Source: Octopus bimaculoides (lineage: Eukaryota). Taken from it: a DNA stretch of 64,000 nucleotides. The position numbers and the translations under genes were made by a program. The notes under the pieces were generated by a model. That model worked only from the letters and a program-made list of their open reading frames with translations. It did not search any database and was not told the origin of the DNA. The number at the start of each line of letters is the position of its first letter. Position 1 is the first letter of the stretch. Below, piece by piece: positions 50,999 through 64,000 of the stretch. The DNA is taken from NCBI RefSeq assembly GCF_001194135.2, contig NC_068988.1, positions 18,413,059-18,477,058 on the forward strand. The letters are read 5' to 3'.

Positions 50999-51329
50999 TT
51001 GCATGTGTGTGTGTATGTGTGTATCAATGTGTGCATGTTGTAGTGTGTGTGTGTGTGTATGTATTTGCATGTTTCTGTATGAGTGTGTGTGTTGTAGTGT
51101 GTGTGTGTGTGTGTGTGTGTGAGTGTGAGTGTGCATGCGTATGTGTGCGTTATAAAGAACCAGTTTTCATGAAATAAAGTCATAATTACCTACTTCAAAA
51201 CACTTCAGTCAATATTCAGCATTTGTTGGAATTGATAAATCTGAATTTTCTGAGATAACTAATGAAATATTGCCTTTACTGATCTTGCTATTTTTACAAC
51301 ACATATATGAAGAAAAAAAATTCTATAGG

Positions 51330-52110
51330 TTATTCTCGTTGCTTTCCCCAGCTGGTACAGTAATACAGGTCTGCAATACACCAAGTTATTCTTTTTAATC
51401 TTGTGTCATCTCAAATGTGATGGTCATTTTTATCACATTTGATCCCACAACATTTTTGCATATCTTTCTTCATTTGCCTTGGTCATAAAAACTTTCTTCC
51501 ACAAGCATAGAGCACAGCTGACTTGCAGGCGTCAAACATTCATGTTGTTTGGCTATCTCATGCAACCATCTTTTCTGCACACATCAATATAATGCTTGCA
51601 TTGCCCAGCTTCTTTACAGCTCATCTTCCATTCTGCTTTTCATGAACATTTATGTTGCACAGCCAATGAATTATATTTAAGCAATTTCACTTCTGCATCT
51701 GCAGATCTGCAGTTAATAATTATGCTTCACCATGCAACATCATATTTCTTGCACATGCTGCATGAAGCATGCTCCTAGACAAATCCTTGTTGCAGACACA
51801 GATAGCTTCTCTCTGATTGACTTCTAACTACTTTGCTAGCCTTCTTACTAAACCTTCATTGCTGTCAACTTAAGGATAAGCTATTTCAATTACGTACAGC
51901 AAGTATGTCTTCTAGACATCCATGATGTAAACTTCACCAGTGTATATCTGCCACATTTAACCACTGATTTGTTTCTAATTACAAAGATGTCTATTAAACT
52001 TTCTGTGTATCTATATTGTTTGTACTGAGTATACAGTATGAAGATCTTGCCATTTTAAGTATAGGAGACCACTTCCCAGTGTCATAGGTTTTTTTTGCTC
52101 TCTATCACTA
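51330..52110 (-). mobile_element. Old RTE-clade LINE fragment
   Basis: Reads LHAACARNMMLHGEA*...NIIHWLCNINVHEKQNGR*AVKKLG, similar to the LYxACVRxxMLHGSETW...WMCNVSV region also seen at 47.7 kb. Heavily decayed. Confidence 0.65.
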
Positions 52111-53054
52111 AATAGCACTTTTGTCTACAAAAGTTTACATCTAGGTTTCTTTATTCAAGAAACTTCATGTGAATATGCATCTTTTTACTGCAACGTTTTG
52201 ACTGGATCTGTAACAAGATTTAGGTCATCTGTTTTAATCTTTTACTCAGAATGTCCAATCTCAAGGTGTATTACTATGCCACAAGAATTAAGTCCAAATG
52301 TCTGACTAAACGGATTAAGCAATGTGATGTATACAGAATAGTGTAGATTTCACTGCCAATCTTACATAATAACTTCTGTTAGGCTTTCTGCAATAATGGG
52401 AAAATTAAGGTGCATGGGATTGAATCAAGAAGCAAATTTTAATTCTATCAAAACTTGGAGTGCTACATGCATATGTTCTTGACATATACATACTAATTCT
52501 AAGGGTGATAATTAAGAATACTATTACAAAATATAGCAATTAAAATGAGTTATTTCACAATGAATGTTGTGACCTTACACGACAGGCTTCAGGCACCATT
52601 TATTTATTGCAAAATCAAAACATGAAATCACACTGCATTTGAGTTATCATGCTTGCAATTTTAAGTACAATTCGAGCCTATATTTTTTTGGCAATGATTA
52701 ACATCTAAAATACTTAATTTATAATATAACGCATAACTTCAGGAGGTGTGCGAGATAAAGATAGCTTTATTTAGCTATATGACTTCCATATGATTATGGC
52801 TGTTTCAGATTCTTTATGATTTATCATTAATTTCTGTATACATTAATATGTATGCTTAGCATTATATGACACAATTGTATATTCACAAATTAATGCAAAT
52901 AAAAAAAATTTGCAATTGACTACAGCAAAGACTGATAGCCAAGTTATTTGGATGAGCTTACTGTGATGGGTGTATAATTCTCTGAATCCCTATTTTATAC
53001 TACTCCTTCATATATATATATATATATANNNNNNNNNNNNNNNNTATATATATG

Positions 53055-53115
<61 letters not shown>

Positions 53116-53632
53116 GGGGGATGTAGATATATATATTTGATAACTGTAGAGGAGCTTTAAAATGCACATTATGAGGTTATTACTCAGGTGATATTAAATA
53201 TATACATATATATGTATGTATGTGCATGTGAAATTTTCTTATATGCACTTTGATTCTGAATCATCTTTTATCAAGTCTCAATTTTCTAACAATTCACCTA
53301 ATCACTCCACGCCTTGTTTGATTAAACTTTATCATTTGTACCTCCCATTACCATTTTCACAACACATTTATACCTAGCATATATATATTGCCTATTTGAA
53401 CTATATATACGACTGTGTGTATAGTTGTCACTATGCTTTCTCAAATCACTTGCACATAAATTTTCATAAATTAAAACTAGGCACCTAAAAGAGCACATCC
53501 AACCGTTTTGATCCTCAGTTGCACGCGAGATAAATATAAATTTAATACACAACCAAAAGAGCTACTAACAGTTTCATGCTTTTATGGCACTTTGACATAT
53601 TTATTAAATACAATTGAATGATTGCTTGGAGA

Positions 53633-54092
53633 TCATCATCATCATCATCATCGTTTAACATCTGTTTTCCAAGCTAGCATGGGTTGGACAATTTGACTGA
53701 GGACTGGTGAACCAGATGGCTACATCAGGCTCCAATCTGATTTGGCAAAGTTTCTACAGCTGGATGCCCTTCCTAATACCAACCACTCCGAGAGTGTAGT
53801 GGGTGCTTTTACATGCCACCGGCACGGAGGCCAGTCAGGTGGTACTGGCAACAGCCACGCTCAAAATGGTGTATTTTACGTGCCACCTGCACAGGAGCCA
53901 GTCCAGCAGCACTGGCAACGATCTCGCTCAAATGTCTTTACACCTGCCACCAGCACAAGTGCCAGGAAGGTGACGCTGGGCACAGGTACTATCACGATTT
54001 CAGTTTTGCTTGCCCCAACAGGTCTTCGCAAGCCGAGTTTCGTATCCAATGAAGGAGACGATGTTGGCATGGGTGCCAGTCATCGAATTTAG
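53633..54092 (-). mobile_element. Family E element with internal ~65-bp tandem units
   Basis: Reverse complement of 30718-31195, including GATGACTGGCACCCATGCC at the 5' end and a (CAT)n tail. Confidence 0.88.
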
Positions 54093-54173
54093 TTGGCGTA
54101 TTATAAATATGCCTACTTAAAGTATCATAAAAGCGTGAAACTATTAGTAACCCTTTCAATTGTGTAATAAATT

Positions 54174-54204
<31 letters not shown>

Positions 54205-54736
54205 ATATATATTCATGGTGGGTGCTCATATCTTGGGACAATTGAAATAGAGCCCTGAATAAAGTAAAATGACTAATGACTAAGAAACATTGCTCAACAT
54301 TATCTAGCATCTTTTTCAAGATTTTATTCCACTGCTTACACACTCACATTATATAATTTTATAGCATCACATTGCTTGCACTGACATTATATAATCAGTC
54401 TTTCACTCAGCATTAAAGATTCTTTCTATTATTATATTAAATACTACAAAATGCATTTGGTGCAACCTGATTATTAGGTCACCTTTTCTATACTCATTTG
54501 CATACTGCTTTCTTGCACATGAATCAAGGCCATTACAAGAATACAGAGCTCCTTAACTCAACTTGGAGCATATCTGGGTTTTTTTTTGGTTTTTTTTTGC
54601 TATATTAATATTTCAGTAGTATGAGACTCCAATATACAAAGTCTTGGTTCTCTCTTTTCTGAAACCCTTTATTTCTACTTTTAGTTTTACAAACTAATTA
54701 TAAAAGCCAGTACAAAGCTCAATGGTTAATATGCCT

Positions 54737-54813
<77 letters not shown>

Positions 54814-54857
54814 CGTATATGTTAGCATGCATACATGCATGTATGTGTATGTGTGTG

Positions 54858-55067
54858 TGAGGCCTTTAAGAAATGGGTTCAGCTGGTACATTGATCTGAA
54901 ACCCAGAATACCAGGGGATGGGGCCCATGACTGTCTGCTAGGTACTCTGAAAGATTAAAAAGAAAAAAAAAACTTACAGTCCCACTGCCTTCAATTTTGT
55001 GAGGATCCATACCTCCCAGGGTTTGAAACAGTCTTGTACCACTTTGCCAAATTTCTTTCAGCCCCCT
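54858..55067. mobile_element. Putative non-autonomous DNA element with imperfect terminal inverted repeats
   Basis: Ends AGGCCTTTAAGAAATGGGTTCAGCTGGTACA and (reverse) GGGGCTGAAAGAAATTTGGCAAAGTGGTACA; lies between two (GT/CA)n arrays. Confidence 0.4.
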
Positions 55068-55264
55068 TACACATGTGCATATGCACACACACACACACAC
55101 ACACATACACACGCACATGCAGATATGTGTGTGTGTGAATGTGTATGCGTGTACACAAGGAGAGAGAGAGAAAGAGAGAAATTTTTGTTCGTGCATGTGT
55201 GATGTGTATACATACAGTGTGTATCTCTCTCTCTCTCCCTCTCTCTCTCCCTCTCTCTCTCTCA

Positions 55265-55333
<69 letters not shown>

Positions 55334-55794
55334 CACACATATATATAGTGTATGTAGTATGTGCGTGTAAGAGAGAAAGAGAAAAAGTATTGAAATATCA
55401 GAACGGAACAGCAAATTGTATATAGTGTTATAAACAATTCTATTTATAGAACTGAATTAACTCAGCTACTGCAATTTTATTGTAATGTCCATTAGATGTT
55501 TACATATTCATTAGGCTTGCTTTAAGATTATCATGAATAGGTTTTAAATTGGAAGTAAGTTAACCATCACCCTAACATTTATAAATATCTGTCTTTATAT
55601 AAGGTTGATAATTCTATCAAAATGAAACTTTTATTTTATTGTTATTTTCTGAAAATAATATTCTTTTTATACCTGTTAATCTTTCATATTCAGTTTTTGA
55701 AGACTATGTTGTCTATTTTTAGCTTATTCATAACATTTCGTGTTTTTATTAGAAATGTATTTAATGGTTTGCTTTCGATTTGTTTTTATTGTAG

Positions 55795-56765
55795 ATAAAA
55801 TCAAAGATAACTCCTCCTCTGATTCCTACTCAGAGCAGTCACCCTCAGTAAAGAGAGCTACACCAACCATCATTTCAGATTCTCCTGCTACTTTGAAAAA
55901 AAAATCGATACTGAAAAAAGATGCTTTAAATAGAGAAGAGACTGAAACTCTTCTTGAAAATTTCGCCGGGGATCAAAAAACTCTATGTTCCCAGACGTGT
56001 CGTCCCAAAAATATCATGGACTCTGTGACTATTGTCAACAACTATCAAACCTTCAATAATCACAGTAATAACGAACTTTATAACAACCAACATCAGTTCC
56101 ACCACCACCACCACCACCATCACCAAAACCAAAACCATCAACTGCAACAGCAACAATTGGAAACTGCCAACCCAACCATCCTATCAGCCATGGTAACGTC
56201 TCCACCGATTAAAGTAATCTGTCCGAGCATCGACTTGGACGAGGAGTCTGGTGCCATGGCTATTTCTTCCACCCCTACCCCTTCACCTACCGGCCCAACA
56301 GATGAATTGGATTCTCCAGACAGTGACACCCAGAGCAACACTTCTGAAGAACGGGAAGGAGAAGAACTGGAATTCAGTGACAGTGCAGCTAGCCTAGAGA
56401 AACTTAAGTGCTGGAAAGACTTGGACAATAAAGAGCAACAGTTGCTTTGGCAACAGGACACAAGCCCCTCGGACAATATGGATAATGATGAAAGCTATCA
56501 AGGTACAAATTCTGTTGACCAATCAGCCTCAGATATTAGTCTCATTGAACAGCCAACGTCAAGGTCATCCCCATCCAATGAAGGTGATAACCATATGGAC
56601 ATTGATAAATATGGTGACAAATGTGCGGACTATATGACCGAAAAGATGACTTCTTTGACGTTAGCTCAAAATGGAGACTATCCTCTCGACAATTTAATTA
56701 ATGATATTGAAAAAAATTCTGATGATCCAAAAGACAATGTAGTATCAGCTGACGCCAGTGGCTAA
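55795..56765 (+). CDS. Large coding exon of an unidentified plus-strand gene; low-complexity Ser/Thr/Asp/Glu-rich region with His7 and Gln runs
   Basis: Acceptor tttcgatttgtttttattgtAG at 55793-55794, phase-1 entry, ~322 open codons at markedly higher GC with retained CpGs. Contains KKKSILKK. Stop TAA at 56763-56765; donor ATG|GTAAGT at 56800/56801. Confidence 0.88.
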
Positions 56766-56918
56766 TATGTCATTAGCGGAAGCTAAATGGAAATTAAATG
56801 GTAAGTCGAGATTTTTACAAATCATTTTAAAATACTTAACTGAAATTTTAATTCCATGCAAGGTTTCTTTAATATTTATAAATTAAGTCACCCTACATTT
56901 TCTAATTGTATAATTGTA

Positions 56919-56958
<40 letters not shown>

Positions 56959-59789
56959 ATCTGTTTCATTCCTAATGGTTATGTATCCACCCTAAATATC
57001 AGACATAACTATACAGCAATTTGACTATTGATGCAATAGAGTAGAGAAATGACTATCAGTTTATATTTAACTTGAACCATTGTTCATCTAATAATATGTA
57101 AGACCACCTGTAAATGTGTATTCTACTCATGGTTGGTCAGTTAGCCTTCTTAACATTCTCAACATTAAGCATCTTATCCATTTATTTTACTTTCCAGAAA
57201 GGTATCTGTTTTCATAAATAGACTCCTCATCAAATACCTGCTAATTCTTATGTACATAGATATTATATTTCTTCATGTCTCATCTATACTCAATCATAAA
57301 TATTTCTGTTTACCAATTAAAAAAAGAAAATTTGAAATTATCATCACATTCTAAGATTTATTTCTTAACTATTTACCATGACTTACAAGAGTCTTTTCAG
57401 TTTTATACATCACACGTGATATCTTGAAATATCCTATCAGCTCAAAAAAACTTAATTTATCACTGAGATTTACATTATACAAATAGTGAATTATAATTCC
57501 TACCAAACTCATAAGGTTTTCTAATTCCTTTCCCAAGTTGCTGCACCATGCAACAAATTCTAACTGTTCTTTCTATTGCTATTTTGTATTCTGGCAAGCA
57601 ACCATTTTTAATCTCAATTATTATGCAAATCTATAATTACTATGTCAATCTTTAATATTATTACTATTGGTAGTTTTATTTTTAATTGAGGTTGCAACTG
57701 AATAATGCTTAAATCAGTTTCTCGGACATAACCCATTTAAATACCAATGTATCTTGACACAGATTTTCTTTGCCGATCTGTGGAAAACAGAGTTTTCAGT
57801 TTCAATTGGTTACAATATAATCCTTAAGAGCTTATAGATAAATCCCCTTCTATGAGCAGATTTCATGAAAACACAGTTCTTTGCATAAATTTGGATCTTG
57901 TGACTACCTGAAAGCAGATTTTAATATGACTGCAGATAACTATATTTTTATCCTAAAATTGTTCATGTGAGTTGTTAAGCATATATCTAGACATTTCTTC
58001 AGATATTTAACAAACCTAAAAATAGCATGCATGAAACCAATAAGCAGAGATGTTATTTGAAATGCAACCGTGATGTGTTTTTGGTTTCTCAATTCACTAT
58101 GCAACTGAAACTCGCAGTAAAAATATGCTGCAATTCTTAAAATAAGCAAAGAATTCCATGGTATATAACTGGTTCTCTGCTAACTGAACTTTCATCTTCA
58201 TCTAAAAACTGTGTTGTTTATAAAAATGATTGCATTTGTTTTCCATTTAAAAATTTACAAAATTCTGAATACACTCTGCATTTACTTTGTACAAGCATCC
58301 TACCTCTTGTACTGGCACCATGATAAAAAGTCATACATTACCCACTCACTCTAGAATGATTGGTGAGTGAAACAATCTTTCTAGTGCTGGTGCCATGAAA
58401 AAAATGAACTCACTACACTTTGGGAAGTAGTAGTAAACAAGCAGAGAAAGCATAGAGTTGCTTTTAGTCTTATCTTGCCAAGGACTATTCAACCTTTCCA
58501 GTATTGATGCCATGAGAAAATGCATCCTGTACACTCTGTAAAGTCATTGGTGATTGGAAAGGTATGTAGTCATAGAGACCAAACCAAATGACATATATGA
58601 GCAGCTACTAATAAGAGATGTCTCAGATCATGATGACCCATCTAACACATACCAGAATGGGAAGCAGACATAGAAATTATGTTAATGACAACACTGATGT
58701 TGATGGTGAAAACTCATTAATCTACGCTCATTTATTAGATAAAGTTGTTGTTTTTTTTTTAATTTATTGATTCTTTTACACTTTATTTCTAAAATGAAAA
58801 ATAGTTTCTCATTAACATTTAAAATCAAATAAATACAAGTTTTGAAATGAAAATATTTTCCCTTCGTCTGTGTTTTAAGATGAGTTTAATTCTAGATTAG
58901 GTTGGACTATTGACCATAATTTTTTCCTGCTTCTATCTACACTAGATTTCAGCTGGTCTATTCTTTCATCAACTTCAGGTGTCATATTAATCCTTGTACT
59001 CAAAAGAAACATCCACACAAACCATTATTCAAAGCACATGGTTTCAATTTCTTATCTGCTCTACTATATGTATTTATATACTATTTCCAATCTTTGACAA
59101 AATTAATATTAATAACAGAATCAGAAGTTCTTTTTTAAATCCTTGCACTCACATGCTGCCTTAAATGACTTGGAATAATTAAGATTGCTGAAATATCAAG
59201 TAACTTCTCATTTAACTGTAACAATACTCAGGGAACAGCTTAAATTGACTCAATGTCCATTCAATGGCACATCTTTTCCTAACCAAAGTATTGTGATGGA
59301 CAGTCACAAAAACATTATCAGATATATGAACTAGGGTGCTATCTGAGAAACAAGTGCTTTATTAAATGTACTACCATTATGTTACACAGAGTAATTCAAG
59401 AAAACTAAATGTATTTTTGCCAAATACATGATTAAAAGTATCTGAGGAAAGCCTATTGCACATTATTTCCAAGTCTTAATTCTTTAACAGGTATTCTAAA
59501 TTTGGCTCACATATCCTTTCATTACAATGTCAAAACTGAAGGTTATTTCTGAATACATTAAGAAATAATAAATATCAAAATAGTTTACAATTACTAACAC
59601 TAATTCAGGATTATTTAAAAACCTTTAGATCTAAGAATATTAATAACTGCTAATTGAACATCATGAGTTGAAGTAGGAAACAGTTTAATTCATTTCTATC
59701 TGATGATGATGATGATGATGATGACAACTTCAGTCATCGTCATCGTCATCAGCCTCTGTGCATTTTTGGGAGAAGGTGGAGATTTGTCC

Positions 59790-60235
59790 CTTTTTTCCTC
59801 ATTCCCCTCCTACCCACTTCCTTACTGTGCCATCATTAATTTGGCTCGTTATATGCGAAGACTATCGGGCCTATCTGAGAGAGAGTACTAAGTGTGACCA
59901 CCACAGAAGAATACTGAGTCATCAGGTGGAGTCAATATCAATGCATCACTCCTGCCTTTGCTGCATATCCTCAGGATAAGAACTTTGATACTGTTTTCCC
60001 ATGATGCCATTTCAATGTGCACTGAATGAACACATCCCTTTTTGCACACATCCCTTTATTTTGCATAGGGACTGCGTCATGGATGCAATTCACAATCAAG
60101 CAGGCCATACAATAGATTAAAACAATGCAGCCTCTATCCAGGAAGTACACATAGCCAAGCCACCTCAGATGACACTCACTGAACAGTAGATATACTGGCT
60201 TAGATACTGTTCTGTTAAGTTCCTCGGAGTTGGTG
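59790..60235 (-). mobile_element. RTE-clade LINE 3' fragment
   Basis: Reads ECHLRWLGYVYFLDRGC... and TPPDDSVFFCGG..., resembling LRWLGHV and the terminal FxCxxC..SRIGL zinc-finger region; frameshifted. Confidence 0.65.
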
Positions 60236-60289
60236 ACCTTTTCAACTTAATGTAATGTTTAAGTTTTTGCAAAGACCTTGTGTTGGCAC

Positions 60290-60527
60290 CACATTAAAAG
60301 CACTGGTGCTGGTGCCACATAAAAAAGCACCCAGTACACTTTGTGGAGTGGTTGGCATTAGGAAGAGCATCCAGCTATAGAAACTGTGCCAGAACAGACA
60401 ATGGAGCTTGGTGTAGCCTCTGACCATGTCAGCTCCAGTCAAAATGTCCAATCCATGCCAGCATGAAAAAACAGATGTTAAATGATATGAAGACGATGAT
60501 GGCGATGATGATGATGATGATGATGAT
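60290..60527 (+). mobile_element. Family E element
   Basis: AAAAAAGCACCCAGTACACT...GGAAGAGCATCCAGCTATAG...CATGCCAGCATG, GAT tail. Confidence 0.8.
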
Positions 60528-60848
60528 CTCATGAAATACACATTTAACTCACTTTCTTGTCTGACATGTCTCCACGTTTTTTTGTTTACAAGAGGACCTA
60601 AGCTTGATAAACCTTTATCTTGATATTCAGTGAAAGGTTTTTACTCTCTCCAGCTCTGTTAGTGAGTTCAACTCTTTTGATACCAAAGTACCTGAGACTT
60701 TCCCCCTGGTTCTACAATTCAAACTTGCTGTTTAATCAAATATGAATTAAAACCATCCATGAAAGTTTTGTGTGAATTTATATTCCAAACACCTGCTTAA
60801 TTATAAACAAAGTTAATTTACTAAATTCTTTATTATTTTCAAAATCAG

Positions 60849-60883
60849 CTGAAACAAAAGTAGTGTATTTCAACAGAAATAAG
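60849..60883 (+). CDS. Candidate 35-nt exon ((A)ETKVVYFNRNK)
   Basis: CTAAAT branch-like site, tract ttctttattattttcaaaatcAG, donor AAG|GTAATT; only the phase-1 frame is open. Confidence 0.4.
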
Positions 60884-61029
60884 GTAATTAAAAGGTTAAT
60901 TATCATTGTAGCTGTGTTATTGATTCACACATCAATCTATGCATTTAGAGATAAGTTGTGGAGTGCAACTGACCCTAAATATTTTAAATCAACTGATCAG
61001 ATAAGATTGCTAACTATTTTTTCTACTGT

Positions 61030-61138
<109 letters not shown>

Positions 61139-61309
61139 GTTACCTTTTCTACTGATGTCAAATATTTCAAAATTTTATTTTAGTATAGAGATACTATTTC
61201 AGTGTTAAATATAAGATCAGTAAAGTTGACACTGTACAGACAGCAGAAAGAAAGACAAGATGTTGTACTGTATTGACTTAGCTATCTCAGACTTCTAAGT
61301 TGAAATCTT

Positions 61310-61700
61310 TTACCTGTTTCAGTTATAGGACTGAGGCCATGCTGGGGCATCACCTTGAAGAGTTTGGTTAGACAAATTGACCTCGGTACTTATTTCTTTT
61401 TTTTAATCAGATACTTTTGGATACTATTGGATTATTTCGATAAACTACTAAAGTTATGGAGATGTTAACAAACCAGCATTAGTTGCCAAGTGACAGATAG
61501 AGGAGACAGACACTAACATGAACACACACACACACACACACATTATGGAATTCCATAGAGTTTCTGTCAACCAGACTCACTCACAAGGTATTGATCAGCC
61601 CAGTGCTATAGTAGAAGACTTGCCCAGGGGCAGCACTGTAGCTGTAAGAATGGAACTGAAAATACCCCTTAACAACTAAATCATGCCTGTACCTATATGA
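61310..61700 (-). mobile_element. SINE family A, old diverged copy
   Basis: CTTTTACCTGTTTCAG...GGCCATGCTGGGGCA...CTATAGTAGAAGACTTGCCC. Confidence 0.65.
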
Positions 61701-61898
61701 ACTTTGTTCTGCTTTCATCCAGATAAAATAAGCTTTGGTATTCTAAATGAATGGTACCAATCAGTTATTTCAACTCTTAGCAAAAGAGCTTTACCCACCA
61801 TACTAATGAGCTCCGTATTTTAATATTATATTTGTGTCTATGGCAGTGAGCTTTTGGTCTTGCACTAAAATTTGAAATCGATATTATATTTGTATTTA

Positions 61899-62085
61899 AG
61901 GCAACAAGCTGGAAGAATCATTAGGATGCTGGGCAAAATGCTTAGCAGTATTTCACCCATCTTTACAATCTGAGTTCAAATTCCACCAAAATCAATTTTG
62001 CATTTCATCTTTTTGGAAATGATAAAATAAGTACTAGTTGAACATTGGGGTCAATGTAATTGACTTAGCCACCTCTCCAGAACTT
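61899..62085 (+). mobile_element. SINE family C, diverged
   Basis: AAGGCAACAAGCTGGAAGAATCATTAG...CTGAGTTCAAATTCC...AAGTACTAGTTG. Confidence 0.7.
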
Positions 62086-62477
62086 GTTGGTTTCCCATCA
62101 GTTAGATCTCTTTCTTGGTTGTAAAGGATATACACTTAATGATTTGTTTGTGTATGTGCAGTGGGAGGGTAAACTTTTCTTAGCTGATGTTGCTGCAGGA
62201 GTGACTCAAAAACTAGGAGTTTATGCCAAAGCATTTATTTATTAAGTTCATTTGATAAATGCCTTGGTACAAAACTCTACCCACTGAAATCAATAACAGC
62301 AATTCAGGTTTATGAACTGAGGGCTCTTTTGTCTGCTTGTAAAACCCATATGCTGAACATAGTTTTGAAGTGAACTTCTTAACCACAATGCCATACTAGC
62401 AGCTAAGTGTGAATGTCTAAACAAATATATATATACACGCACACACACACACACATACATACTTATCTATCTATCTA

Positions 62478-62572
<95 letters not shown>

Positions 62573-62606
62573 AGCTAGATAGATAGATATATATACATAT
62601 ATATAT

Positions 62607-62638
<32 letters not shown>

Positions 62639-62776
62639 AGAGACAGACAGACAGTTAAATTAAGAAACAGCTATATATGCCAAACTAGGCATTGTAGCTC
62701 GACTCAGTCCTCTGGAACATCATGTCCTGTTGAACCATCTGATGCATCAGCATGGCTGTTAAATGCTACATATATA

Positions 62777-62941
62777 TAGGTGTGGTTTTATGGTAAGAAG
62801 CTTGCTTCCCAACCATATGGTTCCGGGTTCAGTCCCACTGTGTGGCACCTAGGCAAGTGTCTTCTACTATAGCCTTGGGCAGATCAAAGCCTTGTGAATG
62901 GAATGGGTTTGGTAGATGGAAACTGAAAGAAGCTCATCCTG

Positions 62942-63001
<60 letters not shown>

Positions 63002-63215
63002 CATATATGTTTGTGTGTGTGTGTATGTGTGTGTTTGTGTTTGTCCCCCCACCATTGCTTAACAATCGATCCTGGTGTGTTTATGTCCCCGAAACTTAGC
63101 AGTTTGGCAAAAGAGACCAATAAAATAAGTACTAGGCTTACAAAGAATAAGTTCTAGGATCAATTTCTTTGACTAAAGGTGGTGCTCCAGCATGGCCACG
63201 GTCAAATGACTGAAA
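62777..63215 (+). mobile_element. SINE family A, full length with expanded (TA)(TG) centre
   Basis: GGTAAGAAGCTTGCTTCCCAACC...GGTTCAGTCCC head, CTAGGCAAGTGTCTT CORE-like motif, CATGGCCACGGTCAAATGACTGAAA end. Confidence 0.88.
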
Positions 63216-63474
63216 TGTGTGAAAGGGTAAATGTTGAACAACGAGAGTGAGTGCTCAACACTGCATTGGTTGATGAAATTTCTTCATTTGTGTAAAAAGC
63301 TTTCCATTGGTTACATGTTAAGAAAATATCTTAATATCTTAACGATTTTTCAAACCAGTCAAATGGGGGAATGGTGTTCATCTCCATTTTATCATATATG
63401 GCACTCCAAAGTGCCTCTGTTAGAGGCCTGCAAAACTTTAAGTCACATGGAACCATATCAAAACGTTTTAAATA

Positions 63475-63510
<36 letters not shown>

Positions 63511-64000
63511 ATATAGCGCTCATTTTTAGCTCTCATTTCTAGCAATTGTAAGTGCTGCTTTGCACCCTCATTTATTAATTTTCCTTTTGGGTTTTAATTG
63601 CTATAGCCACCTATATTATAATGTATTTAATATAGATAAATATATAGTTGGTTCATTGAAGGTGTTGTGGTGTTATAATACACCTTGTTATGTTGAGGAA
63701 TATATTGTTTTATATTGTTTCTCATTCAATGTGATTTTTCGTGGAAAGTTGGTAAAACAGAATACGTTATATGACTTACAGAACAAACATTATTTTCATT
63801 ATTTTATAGTTATATCTTCAGTAGGAACACTGCTGGGATATTCTCTGTGATATGAAGAATGTTAATCATTCTTAATGTGCTAATGATGGCATTATTATTA
63901 TTATATGTGTTGTATGCAGTATTAGGATATATCTCCAGTGTTGCATGTAAATCAATTGATGATTCCATTCATGGCAGTTTATTCTATAGTGTTTGGTGTG

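Noticed and set aside
53322-53552. 76-aa minus-strand ORF with a possible internal exon
   Set aside because: Contains (TA)-rich runs, has weak support and no recognisable motif.
56138-56476. 112-aa minus-strand ORF
   Set aside because: Antisense shadow of the plus-strand coding exon.
18703-57907. Idea that several exon-like segments with single in-frame stops (18.7, 30.0, 45.7, 57.8 kb) form a selenoprotein or an editing-rescued gene
   Set aside because: The stops are mixed (TGA, TAG, TAA), the segments were picked post hoc from many candidates, no SECIS was seen and phases do not chain.
60849-60883. Assignment of AETKVVYF to a DIX domain (Dishevelled/Dixin-like start)
   Set aside because: Only 8 residues resemble the motif, FNRNK does not fit, and no following DIX exon was found in the window; no gene symbol given.

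Overview
AT-rich, repeat-dense eukaryotic scaffold with 11 N-gaps, most flanked by (TA)n or similar microsatellites. The tRNA-derived SINE types, RTE fragments and microsatellite load point to a coleoid cephalopod, probably Octopus (inference, not verified). Most of the window is intronic or intergenic and holds five recurrent SINE-like families (labelled A-E here), fragments of RTE, CR1/L2 and L1/Tx1 LINEs, one decayed full-length mariner, several fold-back or MITE elements and many microsatellites. Two protein-coding signals are supported. (1) Three phase-compatible minus-strand exons (7449-7520, 4787-4846, 4152-4344) form the C-terminus of a protein I cannot name. (2) A ~1 kb plus-strand exon (55795-56800) encodes a Ser/acidic, His/Gln-rich disordered region with a SILK motif; its stop lies 35 nt before a strong donor while a +1 frame runs open into that donor. 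The most unusual signal is a tRNA-headed SINE at 38.8-39.2 kb whose tail carries a minimal hammerhead-ribozyme motif of the Penelope/retrozyme kind, present as an inverted pair. No rRNA, genuine tRNA gene or CRISPR array is supported. All translations, alignments and base-pairings were done by eye; coordinates of decayed repeats are approximate.
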